Made by a program: the position numbers and the translations under genes. 64,000 bases of DNA. It comes from Octopus bimaculoides (Eukaryota). Within the stretch, counting starts at the first letter, position 1. The number at the start of each line of letters is the position of its first letter. The stretch covers positions 46,035,316 through 46,099,315 of the forward strand of contig NC_068993.1 of the NCBI RefSeq assembly GCF_001194135.2, in the 5' to 3' direction. Shown here piece by piece: positions 47,884-61,383 of this stretch. The notes beneath the pieces are model-generated. The model ran no database searches. It saw nothing but the letters and a program-made list of their open reading frames with translations, and was not told where the DNA came from.

Positions 47884-50800
47884 AAGAAACAGAAGTAACT
47901 TACACAAAGTCACGGTGTTTATCTTCATTAGGCTCATCTCATCGTTTTCAGTAGCAGCATAAATAAAACCCTCCTCCTCATCATCATCGTCGTCGTCATC
48001 TGTGCCGTCGACATCATCGTCAACATCATCGTCCCCCAAATCATCATTGTCTACGTCAACGTCAGGATTCTCATTTGCATGAATTAACATATGGCCTTTG
48101 TCTACCAAAATAATACCCTGTCAATTAGACCTGAGAAACCAGAGACAATGTATCCAATTGTTTCGTCCCCAAATTCCCAGATGTTACATTTGTTTAATGC
48201 ATTCTGCTTCATTATGTGCAGATTGTAATAGAATCGCTGAAGCGTTCTGTGTTCAAGTCCTAACGAGTACAACTTTGATTTGATCTCTGTAGCTTCCATT
48301 ATACACAGTACCAATCAAGCATTTAAGAACTTGTGTGATTTATTGACTAACTCCATGTTACCGAATTCCAGGCCTTGTACGTGCATTAGAAAACATTATT
48401 GTAGAAATTATCTTCGAATTGTTCGGTAAAGATGACGAACGCGTATATTGCTTCTGTTATTTTTAACAATCTATCAATCGCGCCCTGTTCATGCTAACCT
48501 ATGACTAGATAAATGCTGTCTTGTGCTTTAAGACAGGAACGTGTTTCTCTTACGCAAATGTCCAATTATTGCGAACACGTCTTGTGTGTATTGTTCGTAT
48601 AATGCACGGTGGTGGTGGTACAGGTGAAAGCATGCGCTGAGACTTAGGTATCTGCTTTAAGTACTGGATACTGAGTAAATGTGGTCATTCGTCATGATTA
48701 CCTTCTCATTGTACATCACTGTGACGAAAGGGCAGTCCTGGAGGGTGACGCCAAGATGGCTATTAGACACTTGCTATCCTAGTATTCTTGTTTTGTATCT
48801 GTTGAACGATATATTTTGCTAATGCGCCAAATCTTGAATTCTCAATACAGAATTAGTTATAGGCAAGAGCGGTGATATTCACGGATATGCTAAACTGAGT
48901 AAAAATATATAATTTAAAATGGTTATGGAATTAGTGAACGCTGCATTACTATCCAAATCCGGGAGCTTTGTATTTAATCCGCTTAATATTACGGAAACCA
49001 GGATGAATTATATGATTTGAAGTTATTTGAGATTTGGAAAAATAATTTTACAAGCTTGGGACAATAGGAAAAACATATCGAAATGAGTAAAATACACAAG
49101 TAAGCATTTGGTATTATTTCTACGGCTGCGGTATTATATAGACAGAATTATCAATATATTAATATTACAAATATATTGAGACTGGGTTTGCCTTGTAAGA
49201 GATATGTCCATGCACCGTTTGTGATTGTTGACAAAATCAAAACAGATACGGCAGTGTCATGGTTATGGCAATAATGTATTATGCCCCACAACTACGAAGT
49301 TTTAGATTCAATCTCGCTGTAGAGCACCTTTGTTAAGTATCTAAGTATCTTCTACCATAGGTTCGTTCGATAATAACTTCTTTCGTCCATTACCTTTTCC
49401 ACAGCATGTTGGTACCATGCATCCGTTACCTCGTATCCATACTTAATTATTCTTGAGCCAGTCTCAGAGGCACTAAAAATTGTCATAAACATTTTCTTTT
49501 ATCTCTTGAGGAGGCGAATTTTAAATAAAGATTCATTCTATATAACCTGCAGCAATTAATGAAATAAACCTACGTCTTATAATTTAATCTCTCTAAAAGT
49601 TATGAGTTTTCTTCACCTTCAAAATGAATTCGTCATAATAATAAAAAAATTTATAGGAAGAAGAGACCTCTCTGGTGATATCGCGTGGGGAATGAAATAC
49701 TCTAATGGTTTAAATACTTATTCTTTGTCTGACAGTTGGCGAGATGTTATCAGATTGCTTCTAAGATAGAAATCAAGAACTGAGTGATATGAGGAAAGTG
49801 AACTCAAACAGTGAGAGGTGGTGTGAGTGAAGTCTGCGATGAAAAATGAGGTGAATTGACAGAATTATTACAAACTTTTGACTGTTATATTTTATTTTGT
49901 TACACGCTATTTTGTTCTAGGTTCAAATCTTCTTCACCTGACTCCCATTTTTACACCTCCACCATACAACGAGTATCATTAATATACTGGTTTCAATTCA
50001 ATTAAAAACATCCTTCCTGTGAATTTGTTCCCTATAACCAATCGATAAATTAAATTTACGAAAGTTAACCGTTATTAAGAATGGAAAAAAATGGCCAAAA
50101 GTATGGATAAACTGAATATTGCAGAATAAAACTTTTAAAAGCAACAAAAAATGAATTACCGATTAAATAACGAATGAATTAAAAGAAAAAATTTAAAGCA
50201 AAACAGAGTAAAAGCGATTGAGATTGTAATAAGGAAGGAAGTAACATTTAAATAAACATAGAAAGTGTGAGAGAGAATATGAGATAAAAAATAAAACTCC
50301 AATTTTGCCGATGAACATAATTACATTTCCTAACATCAAAATTACTTGTACATTATCTCCAATATTCCTACAACTACCAGTAACTTTAACCGAACTCTCC
50401 TCTCTCACAATGGAACACCACCAAACGCCTATACACACACTAATCAAATACACACCCAGAGATAAATACATGAAGCCCTAGCCTACGCTTGATTAAATTC
50501 CATCATGTTTTTCATTAAGACAAACTGGCGTTCTTCTATCAGAGAACACAAATACTACATCCGGAACGAACCTGTTTCAAATATAAAAAAAAATAGTGAC
50601 ACTTTTATTCTCTCTTTCTTGCGTTAATTTTTCTCTTATATGATTGATGAGTGACACAGAACTGTTTGGCGCGTCCTACTCTTCCTCTTCCATTCTTCTC
50701 CGCTGAACCAACTCAAGATATTCCTCGATATTAAATTGATGTTAAAATTACTTGGCCAGCAAGATGTGTGATATTTTCTAAATGAACGCAATTTACATCT

Positions 50801-51241
50801 GTGTGTTACTTTTGTAGTTATCTTGTTATTACTTTCTCAGTTTTATAAGTGGCGTTCAACGACGCCATTGTCAATAAGAAATCTTCCGATTAAACAAACC
50901 AGCAAAACTGTTTCTATCTATTACCATTTCATTATTCGATGATTGCAATGTTATTTTACTTGCATTACTGAATGAAGCCCTTAAGAAAATCATTAATGTT
51001 ACACAACCACATACGTCATCCTCAGAATCCAAGAGGCCCAAGTGTCTCTGGAATCGAATCTATCAGGTCGTACGATCTCCCAACCAATAGGACGCTTCCA
51101 CATATTTTTGTTCGAGCAGTCCAGTAAACCCAAGCGACAGTAATGATCAATCTGATGGGAACAAATTATCAGATCAACTAGGAAGATCACGCAACACTGA
51201 CTAACATACGAGAGATGGAACGGATATTCTAACATGCCGGT

Positions 51242-51420
51242 GTCGATGCGGAGGTCTCTTCATGGTAGCTCGATCGACTTGTAATTAAAGCTAAATTTCT
51301 CTCAAATTACGAAATATCGTCTTAAAGGAACAATGCATTGGGTTAATATTTTCTATGAGACATTATGGCTGAAAAATGTTAGAAGTCACAGTTTAATAAG
51401 TGCTAGAACGTAGAGGCTCA
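51242..51420 (+). repeat. Dispersed repeat, inverted partner of 52290-52472
   Basis: The outer 30 bp are identical to the reverse complement of 52443-52472, and the homology continues inward. Confidence 0.75.
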
Positions 51421-52289
51421 CTTCATTTTGATATTGTTTTCTTTTTGTTGTTTGGGTGAGTTTAACTGAGTTGAAATCTATTGAAATACTTTTGCACAGG
51501 TTTCTATCCTGAGAATAATTTTCACCTGCTCTTACTAAAATCTCGGTAGTTCCGAAAGATATTATAATCACTGCCTTTCTCTTGCAGAGCCATAAAATAG
51601 ATTGAAACCAACAAAAATATTTTCAGAATCATAATACATATTCGGTGGAATCATATCAAAACGGGTAAGTCAGTACCAATGACCCGTTTTGAATGTATGC
51701 ACTGAATGTAATTTACAACCTCATTGTACCGCTGCATAATTAAGGAGGATGACAACGATAATAAAGATCGTGGTAGGGTTATGTATAAGAGAAGAGACAA
51801 TGAAACAACAACAAGTGCAATTAAATCTTGTTTTTATTCTCTGACCTTGTTAAGATCTTTTCTCACTCATTCTAGTTAGTCGAAGAAAGGCTAACAAAGG
51901 AAATGATTGTTTCCTTATGGTTTTGACAGGATTCATATGGCGCGATTCGTTTTGAATAAACTGTGGGAATGCATTTAAACTTATCTCTTTTCAACCAAGA
52001 TTGATTTAGAGTTAAATTATATCGACGGCAACATTAGCAACTCAAGTATCATCATGAAATTCTTTACGTGTCATTCGGATTGTTAGAAATGGGAAACGAT
52101 TCACGACTTAATACATCAACACAATTCGTTCTTTAAATATGTGAGGAGACATTGCACAATCCAGTCGCTGACTTGTAAATAGGTTGGCCTTAGCCGGAAA
52201 AAAAATTATTTAAACCTGTGTAGAAGCATTTCAATAGAGTTAAATTGAGTTAAACTCTCTCAAACAACGGAAACAAAAAAGAGACAAAC

Positions 52290-52472
52290 AACATAAAAAC
52301 GAACTTAACCTCCAGTCTCTAGCACTCATTAAAATGAGCTTTCTAATATTTTCAGCCATAGATTATATCAACCCAAAGTATTGTTCCTTCTAGGCGATAT
52401 ATTGCAATTTGAAAAAGATTTAGCTATAATTACTAAGAAATAGAGCTACCATGAAGAGACCTCCGCATCGAC
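52290..52472 (-). repeat. Dispersed repeat, inverted partner of 51242-51420
   Basis: GAGCTACCATGAAGAGACCTCCGCATCGAC (52443-52472) is the reverse complement of 51242-51271. Confidence 0.75.
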
Positions 52473-52973
52473 TCTGGTGACAGTATGCTAGTTGCTGTAG
52501 CGTAATCTTCCCACTTGAGACGGTCACAGTTAGAAAACTAGAAAGCTGGCTAATAACGTCGGCACAAACACCATAACTATATCACAGAATCATTAGATAC
52601 AGATGCTACACTGTTACATCTGTCTCCTCCAGCACCTCTGCAAACAACGTTTCAAGCAATAATACTGACATGATTACTATCATTTCTATGTGTAACATCG
52701 CCTCTACTGCCTACTACACTAATCCTATCACCACCGCTGCCAAAACTTCAACCTATAGAACCTGAAAATACGAAGCCAAAAAAAAAAAAAAATAATAATT
52801 CTAACCGTAACACGAGGGAATTGTGAACGTTAAGATAAGGATTCTATAATTGGATGTCCATTGTAGCCAAGCACCTACAATGATGTTAAGTTAAAATGGG
52901 AAATGGAAAATGTTTCCTTGAAAAACATCGGCTACTAACACAGATAGACAGACGCACCCACTTAGATGTATCT

Positions 52974-53022
<49 letters not shown>

Positions 53023-53350
53023 GCGTATATATTACAGCTGTATATGTTACATTACAGTTACTATTTTCAAGTAAATTCAAGTAAACAACAGTACTTTTAC
53101 TGACGGTGCCAATCTATACTTTAATACTTTAGAGATTATGAGAGTGTTTATAATAAACTTCAACTTGATTGGCATTTCGAGTTTCGTTAACCGACTGAGT
53201 GACAAGTCCGGTAAGTGATACTTGGAAGCTGCAGTCGGCGGGAACAAAATTCATACATACATGTATGTGTGCATGTATCTTGTGTGTATGCACATATATA
53301 TGCATATATACAGACTTAAACACACACACACACGCACACACACACACACG

Positions 53351-53386
<36 letters not shown>

Positions 53387-53828
53387 AGGTCCATTATACA
53401 TATGTGCATATACATATACATGTGTGTGTGCGTGTTTGTGTGTGTATGTATAATGTATGTATTTATATATGTATGTATCTTGTATATACTCATTTCCTAC
53501 TCGATGAATAAAGGTTAATGTCTTACCAAGTACACGATACTATGTCACAAATCTAGTAGCGAAGAAATGAAAGATGGAAAAATACAACATCAGTTATCCT
53601 ACATTCCTTGCAAAAAGATATATGTGCATTACTACCTTGTTCGCCACCTATTCGACGACTAACTGTTTTTTTCTTCTTCCTTTTGTCTTTTTACTTATAT
53701 AAATCATCAGGTGTGGTAATATAGCAAAATTCCCTGTGGTATGTGAAAACATTGCAGTCCGTCACGAGTAGAAGATAGCAAACAAATAAGAACGGCACCT
53801 GTGAATACTTTGAAATATCTATATGTAT

Positions 53829-54264
53829 ACGGACAGGCTGACAGACGGATAGGCTCACAGACGGATAGGCTCAAAGACGGATAGGCTCACAGACGGATAG
53901 GCTCACAGACGGATAGGCTCACAGACGGATAGGCTCACAGACGGATAGGCTCACAGACGGATAGGCTCACAGACAGATAGGCTCACAGACGGNNNNNNNN
54001 NNNNNNNNNNNNNNNNNNNNNNNNNNNNNNNNACGGATAGGCTCACAGACGGATAGGCTCACAGACGGATAGGCTCACAGACGGATAGGCTCACAGACGG
54101 ATAGGCTCACAGACGGATAGGCTCACAGACGAATAGGCTCGCAGACGGATAGGCTCACAGACGGATAGGCTCACAGACGGATAGGCTCACAGACAGATAG
54201 GCTCACAGACGGATAGGCTCACAGACGGATAGGCTCACATACAGATAGGCTCACAGACGGACAG
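53829..54264 (+). repeat. 16-bp minisatellite (ACAGACGGATAGGCTC)n
   Basis: About 24 visible head-to-tail units without spacers, interrupted by a 40-N gap. Confidence 0.97.
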
Positions 54265-55903
54265 ACATAGAGGCAGACATATATACGTATAGAGTGACAA
54301 AGAAGTTGACCGGCAGACATACATACAGAAGAACAGAGAGATGGAAAGGATATTCTGGAAATATTTAGGTATTCAGAAAAAAGCAAATGAATCAGATCAC
54401 GCGCATTTGAATTACCATATATAAAGAGAACTGAAAAAAATATGCAAAGCTTTTCTCAATTGATTTTGTGAAATACATTCCAAGGATAAAGCTTTCTATC
54501 TTTGTCAAAAACAAACTTTTCATGAGTTAGTGTGCTGGTTGAGCTGTCGAGAACGGACAAGGTCTATCACAACGTCGAGATGTGTGCATCGCATGCTCAA
54601 CCACAACTAACTCGACTGCATATTTTTTTGCAAATACTGGGAACACTATTAACTCAAAAAGGCTTGTCATTTTCCTAGCGACTAGCTCAAATTCTCTTAA
54701 GAGATTAAATAAACTCTAGGAAAAACTATATACGTGGGCACGTATATATTGGCTTATGTATGTTTATATGTGTATATACATATGTACATATATGCGGGTG
54801 TATGTGTGAATGCCTACATACATATATGTGTTTGTGTGTATTTGTGTGGGTGTATATATATATATATGTATGTGTGTATATCTATAGAAACATATGTATG
54901 TGTGTGTCGATACAGCTAGAGTGAGAGTGTGAGTACGGGGTGGAGATAGATAGATACTTGTGTGTCTGTGTGTGTGTGTGTCTTTTGTGTGTATGTATGT
55001 GTATTTGAAAAGTCATTTACTTAATCATTAGTCATTAAACTAAGAAGACAGAATAGGATTGGGCGGAATGAGACAAATACAAGAAAATAATGACAAGAAA
55101 ATATTTTACACGGGAGAAACAATTTTACGTGGTAGAAAAAACGTGTTATAAGTAATAGCGTTTTCTGAGTGTGAGGGTCAGAATGATATGGGATACAGGA
55201 TTGGCTCTAGAGAATCGTCATGATGTTTGATTAAGAGATTATTAAAATAGAATAGAAAAACTTACGACGTTAATTGAATTTCAGTTCAGTGATATGGTTG
55301 TGTTGCTTTTGAAGTTCAGCATCTAAGATTCGCGATTAACAGAGAATGGGTTATTTTGGTGCGAAAGCTAAAGGATTGGTAATCAGACAATAGCTGTTCC
55401 CTTGGGCTGTTGGGAAATAGATTCCTAAGTACTCAGAGAAGAATGCAAAATAGAAGAAAAATACACACGCACGCACGCACACACACACACACACACACTC
55501 ACACACACACACACATATATACACATGCATACATACATACATACAAACAAACATATAGATACATACATACGTACATACATATATATATANNNNNNNNNNN
55601 NNNNNNNNNNNNNNNNNNNNNNNNNNNNNNNNNNNNNNNNNNNNNNNNNNNNNNNNNNNNNNNNNNNNNNNNNNNNNNNNNNNNNNNNNNNNNNNNNNNN
55701 NNNNNNNNNNNNNNNNNNNNNNNNNNNNNNNNNNNNNNNNNNNNNNNNNNNNNNNNNNNNNNNNNNNNNNNNNNNNNNNNNNNNNNNNNNNNNNNNNNNN
55801 NNNNNNNNNNNNNNNNNNNNNNNNNNNNNNNNNNNNNNNNNNNNNNNNNNNNNNNNNNNNNNNNNNNNNNNNNNNNNNNNNNNNNNNNNNNNNNNNNNNN
55901 NNN

Positions 55904-55968
<65 letters not shown>

Positions 55969-55969
<1 letters not shown>

Positions 55970-56122
55970 TGTGCAGTACTGGGTACTGCACACATTCTAC
56001 GCAAAACACTTTCAATACAGTAAACATAAGAGCACCACAGCACACCACAGCACATACCCAAGGCGCACAGAGCTGCGCTCGGTAGTGAAGTGAAAGCACG
56101 TTATAAAAATAAAACTACTGAA
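55969..56122 (+). mobile_element. Family B (Dong-type) 3' end
   Basis: TAHILRKTLSIQ*-coding end plus 3' UTR; (AAT)n on both sides. Confidence 0.88.
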
Positions 56123-56147
56123 CAATAATAATAATAATAATAATAAT

Positions 56148-56356
56148 AATTTTGGCACAAAGCCCGCAGTTTTAAAGAGGAGAGTTTTAGTCGATTGCAC
56201 CTGCATTAGAACTCAATTCATATTTTACTTTATTAATCTCGAAAGGATAAATGTAAAGTTGATCTCGATAAGATATTTCGACTCAGAAATTAAAGAGCCG
56301 GAACAAATGCCGCCAAATATTTATCCGACACTCTAATGATTCTGCCTGCTCACCGA
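56148..56356 (-). mobile_element. SINE S1 (degenerate)
   Basis: Reverse complement begins CGGTGAGCAGGCAGAATCATTAG; tail abuts (AAT)n. Confidence 0.7.
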
Positions 56357-58593
56357 ACTAATAAGATCAGCGAATTAATAAGATCAGTATTATTTATCTA
56401 TCTAGAAAGCTAGATAGATAAATACAGGCTCCAGAAGCCCTTGTTGCCATGCGATATTTTCCCGTATTGTTGGTTTGAGTCCCAGAAATCTACCTCAATA
56501 CCCACTAAATGTGCTTACACTAAACAACATATCTTTAAAAGCAGTTCTATTACCGAGTGCGACTTGGTAAATGTAGCACGTCCACAGGAGAATATTTGTT
56601 TTTGAGAATATCTTCAGTAAACTTTTAAATATAAAGCATTATTTCTCGAGTTATATCTTCTGTGAGCGGATTAGCTGACACATTTTTTCACAGCATCCTT
56701 TCCTCTCATCTCGCAACATTCACCAAATAATCGTAACTCATTTAATTCTCTTCTAAGTCCTTTCAATATTTATTCATTCACTTATGTTGTTTCTTTATAT
56801 TATGAAAGATATGAATCATTCAGTTTTTCCATTTCTTTCTCTTGTTTCTCTCTTTTCCTCTCACATTCATAATTTCTTTATGATATCTTCGTTTATATAT
56901 TTATTGATGCTTGTCGTAATGGAAAACGTATACGACCTAGAATTTAGATCGCTCGGATCCCGACAGTTATGGGGTCAATCTGTTATGTATTTCTCGTGGG
57001 TTTACTTTATGTAACGTATTTCTCATGGTTTCATATTCGTTATGTATTTAACTGCATGATTTAAAGACCCAGGGAGGAATCAAGAGAATAGAACTGGTAC
57101 TCCCCGAACCCATCTATAATATGTTGGGGAAATTGACCCGTAGAGGTGATGGATGCAGAGTTGACAAGTAATTTTGTATGGTAGCATAAGGTCTTGAAGA
57201 CATAGAACTGTGCAGATCGTATTTTATAAGACTTCCCAATGCACTTATTATTTTAGAGATTACTTCTCTTTGAAAGCCTTACATTCTGCATATCTTTATA
57301 TTTACATACTAAGAAGAGTATATGGTAAAGGTATGTGAGAGAAGAAATGAGTCTTTCCCTTGAATAATACGTAATATATTGAGAAGCGAATGTGTTTCCA
57401 TCTGTCCTCAAAAGAACACTGGCGAAATATACTGATCAACGTGTGGTACAGAGGTGTGTTGTAATGACTGGGAACAAGGCGTATGGCGGCAAGTGTTTAA
57501 CCTTTGAGACTAATGACAAAGCATGGTGATAGGCTGGGGCCTCATTATGAATATATTTAACGCGGAGTGGTAGTGAGAAAGGAGCTGACTTGCAGTAATG
57601 TGAGACGGAGTAAGGTCTGTATAAATAGTTAATCCTAATCATCATTCGTAAGATTATACATTTCTCGAGAGCTGAACCGTGTTTTGGGGTAGAAAAATAG
57701 ACAGGTACTGCAGAACAAAAAACAGAGTACCAATAAGTGAATCTTTAAATTACCATTTCATCAAAAGAGTTCGAAGATCAGAAGACAAAAGCAGTAGAAG
57801 TCGCAACCATAATAACGAGCCTGTGCTTAGAGTATATCTAGTGTCATCCTCAAGGACAGCTGGAAATAAACTACTTCGTCTCCATTGTCAGATGAAAGCT
57901 AAGAACTCGAGGGACATTCTTCAACTAGAATTGTCTAGTGAACGTGTCTCGTAAACAGAAGAATAGTGCATCAAATAACTATGGATAGTAGAATAAGGAA
58001 AGAAAGGCAAAATATTAAAATTTAGTCTAAGTAGGAACCGTGCAAAATACACGATAAATATCCTCATCAGGATATTTGTTCAATGCACTAAGGTTTTCCT
58101 TCGTGGGTGCATTAGCTTCTCCTTGATCTAATGGACAAGTGAAGGAGAAAGTGTATCGATTATTGATTGAAGAGGTGAAAATGACTCCAAAATTCAAAGT
58201 TCAATCAGGTAATGGACTATCGATGACAATTACACTGTATTAAGGAATGAGAGGTTGTTGGTATACTGGAGAGTCTCTAGTTCAATCTCGTTAACAATTT
58301 TTTCACTCTTTATTTGTTATAATTTGTATTTGTTTTATATTTTTTTGTATGTATATCTTTTATCCATCTTTTATTCTTTACTTTCTTCGGTCATTGGATT
58401 AGGGCCATGCTGGATCATTGTCTTGAAGGGTTTCAGTCGTGCAAATCACTATATTTTTAAGACTGGCACTTTTTCTATTGTTATCTTTTTACGAACCTCC
58501 GTTTTACAGGACGTAAAGAAACCAAGACCGGTTGTTATGCGGTGGTGCTATCAAATACAAACACAAAGACTTACCCCACTATATATATGTATA

Positions 58594-58624
<31 letters not shown>

Positions 58625-58639
58625 GTATGTATACATATC

Positions 58640-59035
58640 CTTTCGAGGGTCGATAAAATATGTACCATTTGAGCACTGGATTCAATGTAAATGACTAGCC
58701 ATCTCTCTCGAAATTGCTGGCTTTGTGCCAATATTTAAAGCCAATATATAATATAATGTTGTAAAGCGGCGATGTGGTGGTATCGTTACTCTGCCGGACA
58801 AAATGCTTAGCGTAATTTCGTCCACCTTGACTGAGTTTAGACAACAACATCAACACAATCACATCAAAAAGACCAATGATGAAAATCTCGTACTTTAATA
58901 AAACACAACGAATTTTCAGAGAAGAGTGTAGTCGGCTTTGTATCGATCGATCAGTTTGAGTGATGTTTATTTTATCGACCCCAAAATGATTAAAAATAAA
59001 GTCAATTCGGGTGGAATCTTTAATCAAAATTGCAA
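58640..59035. mobile_element. Cluster of SINE S1 fragments in both orientations
   Basis: 3' half at about 58640-58735 (+), 5' half at about 58765-58830 (+), and a fragment at about 58950-59030 (-). Confidence 0.65.
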
Positions 59036-59399
59036 ATATGTCATCCACAGGCCTTCAACGATAACAGAAACAGCGATGGATGTTTTTATATGGTTGTTCA
59101 ACTAGCTAGAAATATCAGCCACACCCTACTGCTTTAAAATAGGAAGGAAACTACATGCAGTCAAGAAGGCACTATAGATCAGTAGAAATCGGTATAATGG
59201 AAACGGAAATACATATGCTCATGAGTTTGCCGAGTCGGGGCCAGCCCAGAAATAAATATGTAATATTTAGACTGTAATCTATTTTAATATGTGTGTTAAG
59301 TGTGATATTTATACACTGAACACCACCTTTTACCATTATTTTTATTTTTATTTTTAAGGTTGATGATATAATAAACTCTTAATACAATACCAGGGCTAA

Positions 59400-59602
59400 G
59401 GCGTCGGGCAGGCAGGATCGTTAGTACGCCAGAGAAAATACTTAGCGGCATTTTGTCCGTCTTTATGTTCTGAGTTCAGATTCTGCTGAAGTCGATTTTT
59501 GCCTTTCAGGCTCGGCAAAATGAGCATCAGTTGTGCACTGGAGTCGATGTAATCCACTTAGCCTCCCCTCCAAATCACAGGCCCTGTGTCAAAATTAGAA
59601 AC
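59400..59602 (+). mobile_element. SINE S1
   Basis: GGCAGGATCGTTAG head, GAGTTCAGATTC and GGAGTCGATGTAATC. Confidence 0.8.
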
Positions 59603-61324
59603 CAATAAAATACAAGAGTTGATTTAACACCAAACTGATCACCTTTTTCTAAAATATGTAAGTGATATAGCATATTCTCCCCCCCACCACCACCACCGGA
59701 AATACATATTGCTGATATTGTTACCCCATACTAAAATATATGATTCATATAAGAGACTTTTCTCTCTCCATAAAACATGTGGTTGATATAACAATGTTGC
59801 CTCCCCTATACTTTGTTAGCCACATGTTTTAGGAGCCTGTCACTTTCTCTAGAATATATCACTGATCTAATTTACTGTCCCACTCCCTTGTGTCCGGTTT
59901 AGGCATTTTTATTAACGCAATTATTGATTTCTATATTGACAGATTATAATTGTTTTCTAGTAATTTTTTAGCTGTAGGCTTGCTCTAATCGAACAAACGT
60001 ATGATTGAAGGCAATCCAGCTGTTATCACTTTTTGTAAGTTTACAGTATTTAATGTGTGGAATACGTTGGCATGTTATATAAAGGTAATTAGGCTCATAT
60101 TTCTACCAGGCCGTATAAGTATATATCCTCAGTTTTGTTAACTTGTGCCAGACACAATAGATCACTTAACTAAATGTAACAACGTATTTGTTTCTATACA
60201 TATAGTTTGTGAGTTCGAATGTTATTAGCGACGGATATCTTTTTCAACGCAGATCATTTGAATAAGCAGTAACCATGTTTTGGGAAATGGGAGTGGTTTA
60301 ATTCAATCGACTATTGGTCGCCCATAAAATATTTCCAAGTCTTCGAAATAATGGAGACAAAAACGTTGCAATGGTTCTCGTTTTTTAAATAATTGTGTGT
60401 GTGCTTCTGTTTTTCTTTCTTTTTTTTTTCAACACAATATGAATATTAAATGATTTAGTGGTTTCTTTAATCTCAACTAAGAGATAGTCAGCAACGCTAT
60501 TTTATTTATTTTTTATCTGTTAATCATTTGCATTGGAGTGATTGATTTAATTCTAAATCTTTTCAAATAAATGATTTATTATGAAACACCATTTCCATAC
60601 ACAAAGAAACATTGTCCAAGTTGTTCGTTTATATTCTTCCAATTTTACATTATGTTCTTCTCGTTTTGTATTTTATGTTTACGAAATGGACTGAAGTTTC
60701 TGGATATTTTTGTTTTATATTTTCTATAAAAAGAAGTCGTTTTTTAGTGGCCCTCTTTAAAACAAAATAGAAATAAATATTGCTTTGTAATCTAGTTTTA
60801 GCCATCGCAACTAACACCACACTGGAGGAACTGTGTCTTTCCTATTGCTTTAATAGACTATATATGTACATGTATATATATGTGTGTGAGTGGGAGTGTG
60901 TGCATGCGTATGTTTGTGTGTAAAGCAATTTCCATTATGGTTTTGTTCAAGTGAATGAAATGACATTATTGTATTGTTATAATTAGATATTCCGTATATG
61001 ATCTAGCAATAACAACGCATATTCTTGGGAAACGTGATTAAATCGAGTCATTTTTTGAGCAGATATAACAGTATTTCATTCTATACATGACATTCATGTG
61101 CATCATTGAATGCCTATGTATGTATAAATATATGCATATATGCATATGTAATGACTGCAATTTGATTTCGAAAACTGCCGTCGCTGATAAGCACGGATGT
61201 TGACTTCCAGTACTACTAGAGATCAGCAGATTTTTATAAAAAGAATGTTGTTATGCGTACCTCTAGCACTACGTTTTCTGATAGCTCACCTCTCGCATTG
61301 AAACAGGCCTTCACTCTGTCATGG

Positions 61325-61383
<59 letters not shown>

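Noticed and set aside
47254-48108. Acidic D/E-rich ORF on the minus strand
   Set aside because: It arises from a degenerate (TCA/TCG)n tract plus an N-gap; no recognisable motif or convincing splice pair.
50515-50580. Possible Penelope GIY-YIG fragment (IREHKYYIRN)
   Set aside because: Too short, with no upstream GIY/YIG motif or RT evidence.
51930-51959. Possible next GABA-B exon (AG|DSYGA...)
   Set aside because: There is an in-frame stop after nine codons, and the expected S[FY]GSTSPALS motif is absent.
53829-54264. CRISPR-like array
   Set aside because: The units are contiguous with no unique spacers, there are no cas genes, and the context is eukaryotic.
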